A stretch of DNA of 64,000 bases from Alphaproteobacteria bacterium (GCA_965216395.1 OZ244156.1:328765-392764); one strand, 5' to 3'. Shown: positions 37,903 to 48,879, counted from the first letter of the stretch. Program-made: numbers and translations. The notes: generated from the letters alone by a model not told the origin.

Positions 37903-40149
37903 TTAATGCTTTTTTCGTTGCGCTTTATATTTTTTACTACGGTTTTTACGTTTTTTACTTGGTTTATCGCGTTTATTATTGCGTGGTGGCCCTTTGCGCT
38001 GTTTTTGTGGCGCAATATCCGCACCTTTTTCGCCAACCAGTTCAAACACCGTTCTTCCCGTGGCCATATCTGTTTCGACCAATTGCACAATCACAGGCGC
38101 ACATAGGCGATAAACTCGTTTCGTGCGCCGGCCAATCAATGCATGTCTTGTTTCATCATGAATGTAATAATCATTAGGTAAGGTTCGTATTGGTACAAGA
38201 CCATCCGCGCCTGTTTCATTAAGGCGAATAAAAAGCCCAATATTGGTAACACCACTGATCCGACCTGCAAATTCTGCCGCACTATGTTCCGATAAATAGA
38301 GCGCCATATATCGGTCACTGGCGTCACGTTCGGCCAAAGTTGCGCGTCGCTCTGTATCCGATATTTGACCAGAAATCTCATTTAAATGAGCAATTTCATC
38401 ATCTGTGATCCCATCATCACCCAATTTAAAGGCACGAATAAGGGCACGGTGGACAATTAAGTCTGCATAACGGCGAATAGGGGAGGTAAAATGCGCATAA
38501 GAATCAAGGGCGAGACCAAAATGACCTTCGTTATCAGGGCTGTAAATAGCCTGTGACATAGATCGTAAAACCATTTCATGAATCAGTGGTTCTTCTGGCC
38601 GCCCATCAGCCTGTTTAAGAACTTGGTCAAATTCTTTGGGACCTACAGTCCCATTGGATAATTTATAACCCATTTCTTTTAAGAAAGTGCGCGTTGACGC
38701 CAGTCGCGCGGGGTCTGGTTTGGGATGGGTTCGATAAATGAGCGGATGCTCTACTTTTTCAAGTGTTTCTGCCACGGCGACATTGGCTAAAATCATAAAT
38801 TCTTCGATCAATTTATGACTATCAAACCGTTCACGTAGAGTAATTTTGGCGATGCGTCCTTTTTCAATGGTGACTTGTCGTTCTGGCATTTCTAATTCAA
38901 TCGTGCCGCGATTTTTCCTAGCCTTAGCGAGTGTTTTATAAGCACCGTAAAGTGGTTTTAACAAGGTATCAACAATCGGCGCCGTTGTATCATCTGGATT
39001 ACCATCAAGGGCCATTTGTACTTGTTCATAAGTTGTACGAGCGGCTGATTTCATCAGGCCACGAATAACTTTTTTCTTAATCAAATGACCCTTTTTATCA
39101 ATCGTCATCTTGACCGCCATACACGCGCGCACTTCGTTTGGTACCAACGAACATAGTCCATTCGATAATTTTTCAGGCAACATGGGGACAACTCGATCAG
39201 GGAAATACACTGAATTACCCCGTTCATAAGCTTCGCGATTAAGTGATGATCCATCGCGTACGTAATGCGCGACATCTGCAATTGCGACAATTAATTTCCA
39301 ACCGCCACTATTTTTAGGGCTTTGGTCAGGTTCAGCGTAAACCGCATCATCAAAATCGCGCGCATCAGCCCCATCAATGGTGATTAAGGGGATATCTCGC
39401 AAATCAGTTCTTTTTCCCAATTCAGGAACATCCATATTTTTTGTTTCATCTAATGTTTCTTGATCAAAGGATGTTGGAATTTCCCGACTATGGATGGCGA
39501 TCAGACTGATAATATCCGCATCATCATAATGTCCTAAAATTTGTGTGATTTTAGCGGATTTGTTTTCAACGGTAACCTGAACCAAGTCGCCATCACGTGC
39601 ATCCATATCATGACCTCGCATAATTTGGTATGTGCTACGATTTTTGCGGTCCGTGGGTGTAACAAGCCCGTGGTTCTTTCTACGTTCATAAAAACCAATA
39701 ACGTCTTCTACGGAACGTTCAATTTTGCGAATTGGTTTAGCCAAATATGTACCGCTGGGTAAGCGTTCGGTATGGCAAATAAAGGCATCGCCCTGTTTAA
39801 CCGACATAGTTTGTTTTTTGGGCGGTATCGTTAATAAAACCTCTGGCGGCGGACTGTTTTGATCCCATTTTTCTGGTTTTAATAAGATGTCACCATCACT
39901 ATCAATTTCACTGACAATCATTGTTGCGATCGGTGGGAGTGTTTTGGGTAGCTTAAGGGTTCGGTGTTTCCCCATTTCAAGCACATCATCTTCGACCATT
40001 TTTTTCAGGCGATGTTTTAACCCAATACGGTCATGCCCTTTTATTTTAAAGGCTTTGGCAATATCAGATTTCTTAGCTGTTCCGCCTTTTTTGTGTAAAA
40101 AGTCGAGGATATCTTGCTCAGAAGGAATGTGTTTTGGAATTTCTGTCAT
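37903..40149 (-). CDS. rnr: Ribonuclease R
   Basis: 748 aa. RNB-domain motifs (DGADARDFDDAVY, HFGLA...YAHFTSPIRRYADL), an S1 domain and a basic C-terminal tail. Confidence 0.92.
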   Translation of the reverse strand: MTEIPKHIPSEQDILDFLHKKGGTAKKSDIAKAFKIKGHDRIGLKHRLKKMVEDDVLEMGKHRTLKLPKTLPPIATMIVSEIDSDGDILLKPEKWDQNSPPPEVLLTIPPKKQTMSVKQGDAFICHTERLPSGTYLAKPIRKIERSVEDVIGFYERRKNHGLVTPTDRKNRSTYQIMRGHDMDARDGDLVQVTVENKSAKITQILGHYDDADIISLIAIHSREIPTSFDQETLDETKNMDVPELGKRTDLRDIPLITIDGADARDFDDAVYAEPDQSPKNSGGWKLIVAIADVAHYVRDGSSLNREAYERGNSVYFPDRVVPMLPEKLSNGLCSLVPNEVRACMAVKMTIDKKGHLIKKKVIRGLMKSAARTTYEQVQMALDGNPDDTTAPIVDTLLKPLYGAYKTLAKARKNRGTIELEMPERQVTIEKGRIAKITLRERFDSHKLIEEFMILANVAVAETLEKVEHPLIYRTHPKPDPARLASTRTFLKEMGYKLSNGTVGPKEFDQVLKQADGRPEEPLIHEMVLRSMSQAIYSPDNEGHFGLALDSYAHFTSPIRRYADLIVHRALIRAFKLGDDGITDDEIAHLNEISGQISDTERRATLAERDASDRYMALYLSEHSAAEFAGRISGVTNIGLFIRLNETGADGLVPIRTLPNDYYIHDETRHALIGRRTKRVYRLCAPVIVQLVETDMATGRTVFELVGEKGADIAPQKQRKGPPRNNKRDKPSKKRKNRSKKYKAQRKKH

Positions 40150-40207
40150 AGAGACTAAGACATTACCTTAGATTGCCCAGATATACCAGATGAATTTACA
40201 AAGATAA

Positions 40208-40663
40208 TTAGTCACGCAAAGATTTAGCAGCGTCATACACATATTCTAAATTGATTTGTCCCAATTCTGGGATTTGTGCGGTTTTTAATTTAACCCACTC
40301 TTTGACCGCAAAGCGAATGATCACATCCAACTCGCCTTCCATGGACATACCACTAATATCTTTAACATTAAGCCATGAAACCCGTGCATCGGTTAGTGAT
40401 TGTGCCTTGGCCTCTGGTTTGGCTAATCCCGTCCAGAATGAAACAAAAGAGGAGGGGCGCATAATACCGCCCAATTCATGAAATTCTGAGAGATCATTGG
40501 CTTGTAAGCCTGAAACACGGGCCAATTCGCGCAAAGCTACAATTTTATGATTCTCATCATCCTCGTTAAAGGAACCGCCAATACCGGCAATGGTTTTATC
40601 TTTAATAAGGAGTACTTTGGTCAAATCTTCACTAAAAATCAGGGAGGTCACAAATTCTTTCAT
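40208..40663 (-). CDS. NUDIX-like protein with degenerate Nudix box
   Basis: GGSFNEDDENHKIVALRELARVSGL approximates Gx5Ex7REUxEExGU, but the EE pair is replaced (ARV). Confidence 0.35.
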   Translation of the reverse strand: MKEFVTSLIFSEDLTKVLLIKDKTIAGIGGSFNEDDENHKIVALRELARVSGLQANDLSEFHELGGIMRPSSFVSFWTGLAKPEAKAQSLTDARVSWLNVKDISGMSMEGELDVIIRFAVKEWVKLKTAQIPELGQINLEYVYDAAKSLRD

Positions 40664-40679
40664 ATTTTCTACTTCTTTT

Positions 40680-41252
40680 TTATTTCAAGTGTTGGGCAAT
40701 TTTTTCTGCAATTATTTTATAGCCATTTTCAGTGAAATGTACACCGTCTATAATTTCTGAACGAAGTTTTTCTGTCAAGTTTTTATCGCTCAGATCAATT
40801 ATTGGAATAGAAATTCTTTTTGCAACACTAATAGCTATATTATTGTATCTAATTAAATCTTTTTCAAATCTTTGGTAAGGGGAGCTGTCTTTACGAAGAG
40901 AATTATATTGTTCTTGATTAATTGGTGTAATAGTCTTCCAAAATACATTTGTATTTTGGAGTTTTTTTAGTTTAAAAAAAATTTCTTCCAAGTTTTTTTC
41001 AAAAACCTTTGGATTAGTTTGAAGTTTCTTTTCATTAGGACAAAAACGAATATCGTGAAGACCACAATTGACAAGCAAATAATCTGGCTCCTTATCACCA
41101 ACCCAATGATCTAAACTTTCGAGTATATTTTCGCTATCTTTACAGTTTTCATCCGGTCCATCAACAGTCCAGCCTTCTGGTAAAAACTCCAGTAAGAACC
41201 TTTGATACCATATACGGATTGAGTCTCCTATTAGAAAAACATTTTTACTCAT
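40680..41252 (-). CDS. SGNH/GDSL-family hydrolase
   Basis: Block I FLIGDSI, block III ...NCGLHD and block V DGVHFT. The gene is AT-rich. Confidence 0.65.
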   Translation of the reverse strand: MSKNVFLIGDSIRIWYQRFLLEFLPEGWTVDGPDENCKDSENILESLDHWVGDKEPDYLLVNCGLHDIRFCPNEKKLQTNPKVFEKNLEEIFFKLKKLQNTNVFWKTITPINQEQYNSLRKDSSPYQRFEKDLIRYNNIAISVAKRISIPIIDLSDKNLTEKLRSEIIDGVHFTENGYKIIAEKIAQHLK

Positions 41253-43709
41253 TTACTTCTTCTTATTAGGCGTTTTTTTCTTTTTCGTCGTGGCTTTTTT
41301 CTTCTTAGTCGTGGTCTTCTTCTTACCGTATCGGCCGACACCACTGGCAATTTTTTCCTGTTTTTCTTTAATCAATTCAAGTGCGCGGGGCAATTCAATC
41401 GTCAAGACATCTTCATCTTTGGGGATAGAGGCGTAAATTTTATCATATTTGACAAAAGGGCCAAATCGGCCAAGGCCAGCCGTGATTTTATGGTCGGTTT
41501 CTGGGTGTCTGCCAAGGTCACGCGGTAAGCGTAGTAATTCAATCGCTTCTTCCAAAGTGACACTATCAAGGGTCATATGTTTAGGGAGACCGGCACGTTT
41601 TGGTTTTGGTTTTTTCTTCCCCTTAAGCGCTTCTTCCTCTGCTGTGAGGTCTTTTTGCACATAAGGGCCATAGGGGCCAGGGCGCGCTGAAATCATGCGA
41701 CCTGTTTCTGGGTCTTTACCTAATTCACGTGGGCCTTTGGCCGCTTGCATGGCTTCTTCTTCTTGTTCGGCATCAACAACCAGTGGCCGTGTATATTTAC
41801 AATCGGGATGATTAGAACACCCAATAAAGCCACCAAAACGACCTAGTTTTAAACTGAGGCGTCCATCATCGCATGATGGACAGGCGCGGCGATCCGTTCC
41901 GTCTTCCCGCGGCGGATAGAGCATATCTTCCAGTTCTTTATTAAGAACCTTGATTACATCTTGAATACGTAATTCTTTGGTTTCGTCAATTTTGGCAATA
42001 AACGGTTTCCAGAAATTATCCAGCATTTTACGCCAATCCAGCTTTCCGTCAGAGATTGTATCCAATTCTTCTTCTAAATTCGCGGTAAAATCATATTCTA
42101 CATATTGTGCAAAAAAATTCTCTAAAAATGCAGTCACAACACGGCCACGATCTTCGGGAAAGAATCGTTTTTGTTCAAGGCGGACATAATTGCGTGCTTG
42201 AAGAACACTCAAGATACTGGCATAAGTCGATGGACGACCAATCCCCAATTCTTCTAATTTTTTAACCAGTGAGGCTTCGGTAAAACGGGGCGGCGGTTGG
42301 GTGAAGTGTTGATTCGGCGTTACTGTTTTGAGATCAGGTTTATCCCCTTCATTCATCGGGGGTAAAATTTTATCGTTATTATCGTCATCTTTTTCATCAT
42401 CTGTATCGTCACGACCTTCCATATAGACTTTGAAAAAACCATCAAAGGCAACGATAGATCCATTGGCGCGGAATGTAATTTGTTGATCATCGCTGATCAT
42501 GTCCACGGCCACCTGATCCAATAATGCTGTGGCCATTTGACAAGCGATGGTTCGCTTCCATATGAGGGTGTAAAGTTTGAGCTGATCCGCTTCCAGATAT
42601 TTGGCGACATCCTCAGGTTTGCGCGACAGATCCGTTGGACGAATGGCTTCGTGTGCTTCTTGGGCATTTTTCGCCTTTGATTTATATTGTCGTGGACTAT
42701 CAGGGACATATTTTTTGCCATATATGTCTTCAATAACTTGGCGGGCGCTGGCGATGGCTTGGCCACTTAAGGTGACACCATCGGTACGCATATAGGTGAT
42801 CAAACCAACAGTTTCGCCACCGATGTTTGCACCTTCATAAAGACGTTGTGCCGTGCGCATCGTCCGGCTGGCACCAAAGCCAAGTTTACGGGCGGCTTCT
42901 TGTTGCAAAGTCGAAGTGATAAAAGGAGCAGCCGGATTGCGTTTCACCTGTTTCTTTTCGATTTTGGCAATGGTGTACTCTTGACCCTTAATTTTTGAGA
43001 GCGCTGTTTGTGCAGCAGCTTCATTACCAATATCGAATTTTTTAAGTTTTTGACTATCGAGATGTGTCAAACGTCCTTTGAAATTTTTACCTTTTGGTGT
43101 TTTGAAATCGGCTTCGATGGACCAATATTCTTGCGGGTCAAATTTTTCAATTTCTCTCTCTCGTTCACAAATCAAGCGCAAAGCAACAGATTGAACACGC
43201 CCTGCCGAACGCGAGCCAGGCAATTTGCGCCATAAAATAGGTGAGAGGTTAAAGCCAACCAAATAATCGAGCGCGCGACGGGCAAGATAAGCATCCACCA
43301 GTGATTGATCGACATCGCGTGCTTTTTCAAATGCTTTTTGGACAGCCGTTTTGGTAATTTCATTGAACGTCACGCGCCGAACATTCTTAGATTTCAAAAG
43401 CCCTTTTTCAGCAAACATATCGTGAATATGCCATGAAATCGCTTCCCCTTCGCGGTCGGGGTCGGTTGCTAGATAGAGCGTATCGGCCGTTTTGAGCGCT
43501 TTTTTTATTTCAGCCATATGTTTTTTAGACTGTGAGGATTCTTCCCACACCATCGCATAATCTTTATCAGGATCCACTGAGCCATTTTTTGACGGCAGAT
43601 CACGCACATGTCCCATACTGGCCAGTACTTTATAATCAGAACCAAGATATTTGTTAATCGTTTTGGCTTTGGATGGGGACTCAACAATAACGACATTTGA
43701 TGCGGGCAT
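41253..43709 (-). CDS. topA: DNA topoisomerase I
   Basis: TOPRIM N-terminus (VIVESPSKAKTINKYLG), active-site region ITYMRTDG, C-terminal zinc-ribbon (CPSCDDG...C) and a Lys-rich tail. Confidence 0.95.
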   Translation of the reverse strand: MPASNVVIVESPSKAKTINKYLGSDYKVLASMGHVRDLPSKNGSVDPDKDYAMVWEESSQSKKHMAEIKKALKTADTLYLATDPDREGEAISWHIHDMFAEKGLLKSKNVRRVTFNEITKTAVQKAFEKARDVDQSLVDAYLARRALDYLVGFNLSPILWRKLPGSRSAGRVQSVALRLICEREREIEKFDPQEYWSIEADFKTPKGKNFKGRLTHLDSQKLKKFDIGNEAAAQTALSKIKGQEYTIAKIEKKQVKRNPAAPFITSTLQQEAARKLGFGASRTMRTAQRLYEGANIGGETVGLITYMRTDGVTLSGQAIASARQVIEDIYGKKYVPDSPRQYKSKAKNAQEAHEAIRPTDLSRKPEDVAKYLEADQLKLYTLIWKRTIACQMATALLDQVAVDMISDDQQITFRANGSIVAFDGFFKVYMEGRDDTDDEKDDDNNDKILPPMNEGDKPDLKTVTPNQHFTQPPPRFTEASLVKKLEELGIGRPSTYASILSVLQARNYVRLEQKRFFPEDRGRVVTAFLENFFAQYVEYDFTANLEEELDTISDGKLDWRKMLDNFWKPFIAKIDETKELRIQDVIKVLNKELEDMLYPPREDGTDRRACPSCDDGRLSLKLGRFGGFIGCSNHPDCKYTRPLVVDAEQEEEAMQAAKGPRELGKDPETGRMISARPGPYGPYVQKDLTAEEEALKGKKKPKPKRAGLPKHMTLDSVTLEEAIELLRLPRDLGRHPETDHKITAGLGRFGPFVKYDKIYASIPKDEDVLTIELPRALELIKEKQEKIASGVGRYGKKKTTTKKKKATTKKKKTPNKKK

Positions 43710-43735
43710 AATTTATTATTCTCTCAATATCTATC

Positions 43736-44914
43736 TCAGGCTGTTTTGATCAGGCTCACTTTATTGCCTGCATGTCGTTGTATACGCCCTTCGATCTCTA
43801 ATTCAAGTAAAAATGTTAAAATAGTGTCAATTGATTGTCCTGATTCATGAACTAAATCGTCAATTTCTATCGGTGTTGTGCTTAAATAATCGGTCAGAGA
43901 AACAGGTTGTACGATGGGTAAATCAATATCTTCTTTTTCTACTTTTTCGGGTGTTTCGTGTTCATCTTCAAAAATAAAATCGAGTGGTTCTTCCCATAGA
44001 TTCGGTCGTTTAACGGGTTCGATTTGTTGCGGAACCATATCTTTAATTATCTGGATCACATCATGAGCAGATGTAATAAGTTGCGCTTGCTGTCGTTTAA
44101 TTAATTGGTTGGGGCCACCAGCACGAGGATCAGAGGGGTTACCCGGCACCGCAAAAACTTCGCGCCCTTGTTCAAAAGCAAGGCGCGCTGTGATGAGAGA
44201 GCCTGATTTTGTGGTGGCCTCAACAACAATTGTCGCAACACTGATTCCAGAAACAATACGATTACGTCTGGGGAAATGTTGCGCTTTGGGCACCATGCCA
44301 AAGGCATTTTCACTGACGATGATCCCATTTTCGCCAATGGATTGATAAAGTTCTTTATTCTGTGGTGGGTAAATATTATCCACGCCACCGGCCAATACGG
44401 CGATTGTCCCGGTATCAAGGGCGCCTTCATGAACAGCTGTATCAATCCCACGTGCGAGCCCAGAAATAACGGTATATCCAGCCTCACCAAATTCCATAGC
44501 CATTTTTTTGGCCAAATTTTTACCATTAATGGATGCATTACGCGCGCCTACAATTGCAATATTGGGTGTATTCAAAAGTTCAATTTTTCCAATCACACTT
44601 ATGACAGGTGGGGCATCTTCAATCATTTTTAAGCTTTGCGGATACTCGCTTTCGCAAGCCATAATCATCCGCCCGCCATAGTTGTTCAGGCGCTCTAACT
44701 CATTTTCAGCGCGTGAAAGGGGAAAGATACTATATTTTTTACGCCCTGCCTTAGCGGCCAATTCTGGCAAAGCTTCAAGTGCCACGGCTGCATCACCATT
44801 AAAACGTTCCATGATACGATAAAAAGTGAGGGGGCCGATATTGGGCGTGCGAATCAAACGAAGCCAATCAAGACGTTGTTGATCATTAAGCACTTGCGGT
44901 TCAAAAACGGGCAT
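43736..44914 (-). CDS. dprA: DNA-processing protein DprA
   Basis: ...IAIVGARNAS..G...A......G..VISGLARGIDTAVHEGAL... Rossmann-like DprA core plus a C-terminal winged-helix region. Confidence 0.9.
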   Translation of the reverse strand: MPVFEPQVLNDQQRLDWLRLIRTPNIGPLTFYRIMERFNGDAAVALEALPELAAKAGRKKYSIFPLSRAENELERLNNYGGRMIMACESEYPQSLKMIEDAPPVISVIGKIELLNTPNIAIVGARNASINGKNLAKKMAMEFGEAGYTVISGLARGIDTAVHEGALDTGTIAVLAGGVDNIYPPQNKELYQSIGENGIIVSENAFGMVPKAQHFPRRNRIVSGISVATIVVEATTKSGSLITARLAFEQGREVFAVPGNPSDPRAGGPNQLIKRQQAQLITSAHDVIQIIKDMVPQQIEPVKRPNLWEEPLDFIFEDEHETPEKVEKEDIDLPIVQPVSLTDYLSTTPIEIDDLVHESGQSIDTILTFLLELEIEGRIQRHAGNKVSLIKTA

Positions 44915-44916
44915 TC

Positions 44917-45504
44917 TTAGTTTTTCTTTTCACCAATTTTACTCTCTATACCCTTAAGAAGGCGTTTGATATTGCCACGGTGAGTGAACCATATCAACGC
45001 TGCGACACAGTATAAAAAAAGAATTAAATTAGGGTGACCTGCTGCCAAAGCATATAAGGGGGCTTGTAATGTTGCAATTAATGCTGCAAGAGATGAAATA
45101 CGCGATAAAACAGCAACAACAAGCCAAGTAGCAATTAAAAGTCCAGCAATAAATGGATTAATTGCAAGTATAACACCAAAAGCTGTCGCAACACCTTTTC
45201 CGCCTTTAAAGCCAAGCCATATTGGGAAAATATGTCCTATTAATGCAGTAAATCCAGAGATATAGACGCTATTTTCTCCTAACGAAAAATAATGCTGTGC
45301 AATGAAAATAGTGAGAGAACCTTTTGCAATATCTCCTATTAAGGTAAGAATGGCCAAAATTTTATTGCCCGTGCGCAAAACATTCGTGGCGCCAATATTG
45401 CCTGAACCAATTTTTCGAATATCGCCATACCCAAAAAGTTTTGCAAAAATAAGGCCAAAGGGAATAGAGCCAATCAAATAAGAAATAAGAATAAGATATA
45501 TCAT
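44917..45504 (-). CDS. plsY: Glycerol-3-phosphate acyltransferase PlsY
   Basis: YLIGSIPFGLIFAK...DIRKIGSGNIGATNVLRTG and GFKGGKGVAT motifs. Confidence 0.92.
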   Translation of the reverse strand: MIYLILISYLIGSIPFGLIFAKLFGYGDIRKIGSGNIGATNVLRTGNKILAILTLIGDIAKGSLTIFIAQHYFSLGENSVYISGFTALIGHIFPIWLGFKGGKGVATAFGVILAINPFIAGLLIATWLVVAVLSRISSLAALIATLQAPLYALAAGHPNLILFLYCVAALIWFTHRGNIKRLLKGIESKIGEKKN

Positions 45505-45656
45505 GACTAGTATTATTTAAGAGAAATAGAATTCATGCAATAGTTTAATTTCGTGAATGCAAATAATGTGTAATATTTATTTGACATATATTTTTATTTC
45601 GTGCTATCAACCTTGTAATAACGCATTAATCAAAGACCAAATACGGAATAAAAATA

Positions 45657-46070
45657 ATGAAAAATATTACAAAACTTTTCTTGATGACAGCAGTAGCAAT
45701 AACAACATCTTGTTCTTCTTACAAACATGTCAATGATATTTCATGCAGTGAAATGGCTTCTAAAATGGCTTGGGCTGTGCAAAAGAAAGTCGATGAAAAC
45801 CGTAAAAAGGGTATTCCCATGGAAAAGCCAGAAAGAAAGTCTCTTAGAGGTTATAAAGGATTTTCAAGAGATTCGGTGCAAATTCAATATTTTTTGGATA
45901 ATGCAATTCGCTTAACAAATGAAGGGCATGAAGGGCGTGCTTATAATCTGAACATCTTAAATGCATCCGAACTGGCTTCCAGAAATGAACATGTTTATCT
46001 TACTGAAACAGAAAGTGGTGCATTGACTGTTGCTCAAAGAAAGACATTTCCGGCAGCCCTTAAAAACTAG
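45657..46070 (+). CDS. Hypothetical lipoprotein
   Basis: Signal peptide with lipobox AITTSC. No recognisable domain. Confidence 0.45.
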   Translation: MKNITKLFLMTAVAITTSCSSYKHVNDISCSEMASKMAWAVQKKVDENRKKGIPMEKPERKSLRGYKGFSRDSVQIQYFLDNAIRLTNEGHEGRAYNLNILNASELASRNEHVYLTETESGALTVAQRKTFPAALKN

Positions 46071-46543
46071 TTTATTTTTTCGAGAACAGATTTAAGGATT
46101 TGCACAGCGGCCATTTGATCAATGACCGCTTTTCTTTTTTTGCGTCGCATATCTAAATCTTTGATCAACATATTTTCCGCGGCAAAGGTGGAGAGCCGTT
46201 CATCTTGAAAACCAATAATGGGTTTCTCATGAAATAAATCCTGATGTTTGAGTATATTATCGGCAAAGGCTCGTGTGGATTGACATCTGGGTCCCTCAGT
46301 ACCATCCATGTTGAGTGGTAACCCCAAAACAAAGATATTGAGATCCCATTCTTTGGCCAGAGTGGCAATACGTGTTAAATCGGGTATTAATTTGGTGCGT
46401 TTAATGGTTTCAATGGGAAAACCCATCGTTTGTTCGGGGTTGGAAATGGCAATACCAATGGTTTTGCTGCCTAAGTCTAGCGCCATGATTCGACATAAGC
46501 GATATGGTTTTTCTTCTAATTCTTCAAGCTTTATGATTGACAT
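46067..46543 (-). CDS. ruvX: Holliday-junction-resolvase-like nuclease RuvX (YqgF)
   Basis: IMALDLGSKTIGIAIS...GLPLNMDGTEG...DERLST pattern of YqgF. Confidence 0.88.
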   Translation of the reverse strand: MSIIKLEELEEKPYRLCRIMALDLGSKTIGIAISNPEQTMGFPIETIKRTKLIPDLTRIATLAKEWDLNIFVLGLPLNMDGTEGPRCQSTRAFADNILKHQDLFHEKPIIGFQDERLSTFAAENMLIKDLDMRRKKRKAVIDQMAAVQILKSVLEKIN

Positions 46544-46611
46544 TTATCGTGGTTCGTTTTCTATTATGGGCTCTAACTTTTCGATTAAAAATTTAAAGGA
46601 TTTCATATCAT

Positions 46612-46899
46612 ATGTCGATGAATAAAGAAACGGTTGCTAAAGTGTCGCGTTTATCACGTTTGAAAATGACCGATGCAGAGAGTGAAAAAATCGCCGGAGA
46701 ATTGGAAACAATTTTGGGATGGATTGAACAATTAAACGAGGTAAATGTGGATGGCGTTAAGCCTATGGTCAGCGCCGTGCCCCACAAACCGTATCGCCGC
46801 CCTGATGAAGTGACCGATGGTCAAATTGTGGATAAAGTTCTGGCTAATGCGCCTGAAACGGCTGAAGATTTCTTTGTTGTCCCGAAAGTGGTGGAATAA
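46612..46899 (+). CDS. gatC: Asp/Glu-tRNA(Asn/Gln) amidotransferase subunit C
   Basis: 95 aa. [37 protein letters not shown]. Directly upstream of gatA. Confidence 0.9.
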   Translation: MSMNKETVAKVSRLSRLKMTDAESEKIAGELETILGWIEQLNEVNVDGVKPMVSAVPHKPYRRPDEVTDGQIVDKVLANAPETAEDFFVVPKVVE

Positions 46900-46903
46900 G
46901 ATC

Positions 46904-48391
46904 ATGACAGATTTAACCAATTTAACAATGACTCAAGCGCTCGATTTACTCGAAAAAGGTGAGGTGAGTGCCCTAGAATTAACCCAAGCACATATTGATG
47001 GTTGTCAACACGTGAAAGGTTTAAACGCTTTTGTCACAGAAACCTTTGATAAAGCCATTGAAATGGCCAAAGAATCTGATCAGCGTCGCCAAAAAGGTGA
47101 GGTGGGTTTGATGGAAGGTATGCCTGTTGCCGTAAAAGATCTGTTTTGTACCGATGGTGTACGCACGACCGCTTCAAGTAAAATCCTTGATAATTTTGTT
47201 CCCCCTTACGAATCAACGGTCACAGAAAAACTCTGGCAAAATGGGGCTGTGATGTTGGGTAAGGTGGGTATGGATGAATTTGCTATGGGGTCTTCCTCGG
47301 AAACCAATGCATATGGTGAAATTATCAACCCATGGAAAGCCAAAGACAGCGATGCAGATTTGGTCGCTGGTGGTTCTTCGGGTGGTTCTACGGCGATTGT
47401 GGCGGCGCGCGGTGCGATTGCGGCCACGGGTTCAGACACGAATGGTTCCATTCGTTACCCTTCATCCCTTTGTGGTATTGTTGGGTTTAAACCCACTTAT
47501 GGGCGTTGTTCTCGTTATGGGATGATTGCCTTTGCATCATCCCTTGATCAGGCGGGGACAATCACGCGCTCTGTACCAGATGCGGCGATTATGATGCGTT
47601 CCATGGCTGGATATGACCCAAAAGATACGACATCCGTTAATGTAGATGTACCGGATTACATGGCACAAATCCGCGATGGGGTTAAGGGTTTAAAAATTGG
47701 AATTCCAAAAGAATATCGTGAAGTTGACGGACTTTCAGAAGATGTGAATACTTATTGGAATGAAACCGCAACCCTTTTGAAAGAGGCGGGCGCCGAAATT
47801 GTTGACATTACGATGCCTCATGCGAAATATTCTGTGCCGGCTTATTATATTATCGCGCCAGCGGAAGCGTCATCCAATTTGTCTCGTTATGATGGGATGC
47901 GTTATGGTTTGCGCGTTGAAGGCGAGGATTTAACCGATACCTATGAAAAAACCCGCGCGGCTGGCTTTGGATCAGAGGTGAAACGCCGTATTATGATTGG
48001 CACATATGCACTTTCTTCGGGATATTACGATGCATATTATCTCAAAGCACAGAAAGTACGCACATTAGTGGCACAAGATTTTGTAAATGCTTATAAAGAA
48101 TGTGATGTGATTTTAACCCCTACCAGTGCCAGTTCTGCCTTTCCTATTGGGGATAAGATTAATGATCCAGTGGCCATGTATTTAACGGATATTTTTACCA
48201 GCCCAACGTCATTGGCCGGATTGCCTGGAATTTCTGTTCCTGTTGGTTTAGATCAACGTGGATTACCGCTGGGGATGCAAATTATTGGTCGTGCCTTTGA
48301 CGAAGAAACGGTTTTACGCGTGGCGCAGACGATTGAAGAGGGCGTGAACTTTGTTGCAAAGCCACAAATCATCGCAAAAAAGGCGGTATAA
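46904..48391 (+). CDS. gatA: Asp/Glu-tRNA(Asn/Gln) amidotransferase subunit A
   Basis: Amidase signature [13 protein letters not shown]...[16 protein letters not shown]. The start is at MTDLTNLTM (46904). The track ORF begins inside gatC. Confidence 0.93.
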   Translation: MTDLTNLTMTQALDLLEKGEVSALELTQAHIDGCQHVKGLNAFVTETFDKAIEMAKESDQRRQKGEVGLMEGMPVAVKDLFCTDGVRTTASSKILDNFVPPYESTVTEKLWQNGAVMLGKVGMDEFAMGSSSETNAYGEIINPWKAKDSDADLVAGGSSGGSTAIVAARGAIAATGSDTNGSIRYPSSLCGIVGFKPTYGRCSRYGMIAFASSLDQAGTITRSVPDAAIMMRSMAGYDPKDTTSVNVDVPDYMAQIRDGVKGLKIGIPKEYREVDGLSEDVNTYWNETATLLKEAGAEIVDITMPHAKYSVPAYYIIAPAEASSNLSRYDGMRYGLRVEGEDLTDTYEKTRAAGFGSEVKRRIMIGTYALSSGYYDAYYLKAQKVRTLVAQDFVNAYKECDVILTPTSASSAFPIGDKINDPVAMYLTDIFTSPTSLAGLPGISVPVGLDQRGLPLGMQIIGRAFDEETVLRVAQTIEEGVNFVAKPQIIAKKAV

Positions 48392-48397
48392 TTTTTT

Positions 48398-48868
48398 ATG
48401 TCTGATCTGCGTAAACAATATCGAGACTATATTGCCAATATTCATCTCATGCAATTAGCGACGGCTGATCCGGAAACGGGGCGGCCATGGCTTTGTTCTG
48501 TGTGGTATGTGATGGATGCCGATGATACGGTTTATTGGTGTTCACGTAAAACACGGCGCCACTCTCAAGAAATTACTAAATCTGGTTATGCTACATGTAC
48601 TATGATTGAAAATTATCAAGAAGGTTTGGGTCAAAAGGGACGTTCTCTTGTTTTATCGGGGCGTTCAAACTTGGTACCACGTGAGAAAATTTCTAAAGTT
48701 TATGCGCTTTATTCTAAAAAATATAAAAATACACCTGATTTTTTTCAAGATTTAGAAAGTTTTTTACAAGGCGATAGTCAACAGGCATTTTATCAAATCA
48801 TTCCTGATCAGATTATTTGGTGGGACGAAATTGAACCGGGTGATAACCCAAGAAAAGTGATTAAATAA
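48398..48868 (+). CDS. Pyridoxamine 5'-phosphate oxidase-like (FMN-binding split-barrel) protein
   Basis: 156 aa. ...[21 protein letters not shown]... is typical of the PNPOx-like family. It is inserted between gatA and gatB. Confidence 0.55.
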   Translation: MSDLRKQYRDYIANIHLMQLATADPETGRPWLCSVWYVMDADDTVYWCSRKTRRHSQEITKSGYATCTMIENYQEGLGQKGRSLVLSGRSNLVPREKISKVYALYSKKYKNTPDFFQDLESFLQGDSQQAFYQIIPDQIIWWDEIEPGDNPRKVIK

Positions 48869-48879
48869 AGAGGGAAAAT

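Noticed and set aside
41253-41330. Repetitive Lys/Thr-rich coding repeat at the topA 3' end (KKKTTTKKKKATTKKKKTPNKKK), and the similar basic tail of RNase R at 37903-38010
   Set aside because: Basic low-complexity C-terminal tails are normal for these nucleic-acid enzymes. They are not independent repeat elements.
44101-44632. 145-aa minus-strand, 118-aa and 78-aa plus-strand ORFs inside dprA
   Set aside because: These are alternative frames or antisense of a gene with a clear DprA signature. They have no independent start signals or motifs.
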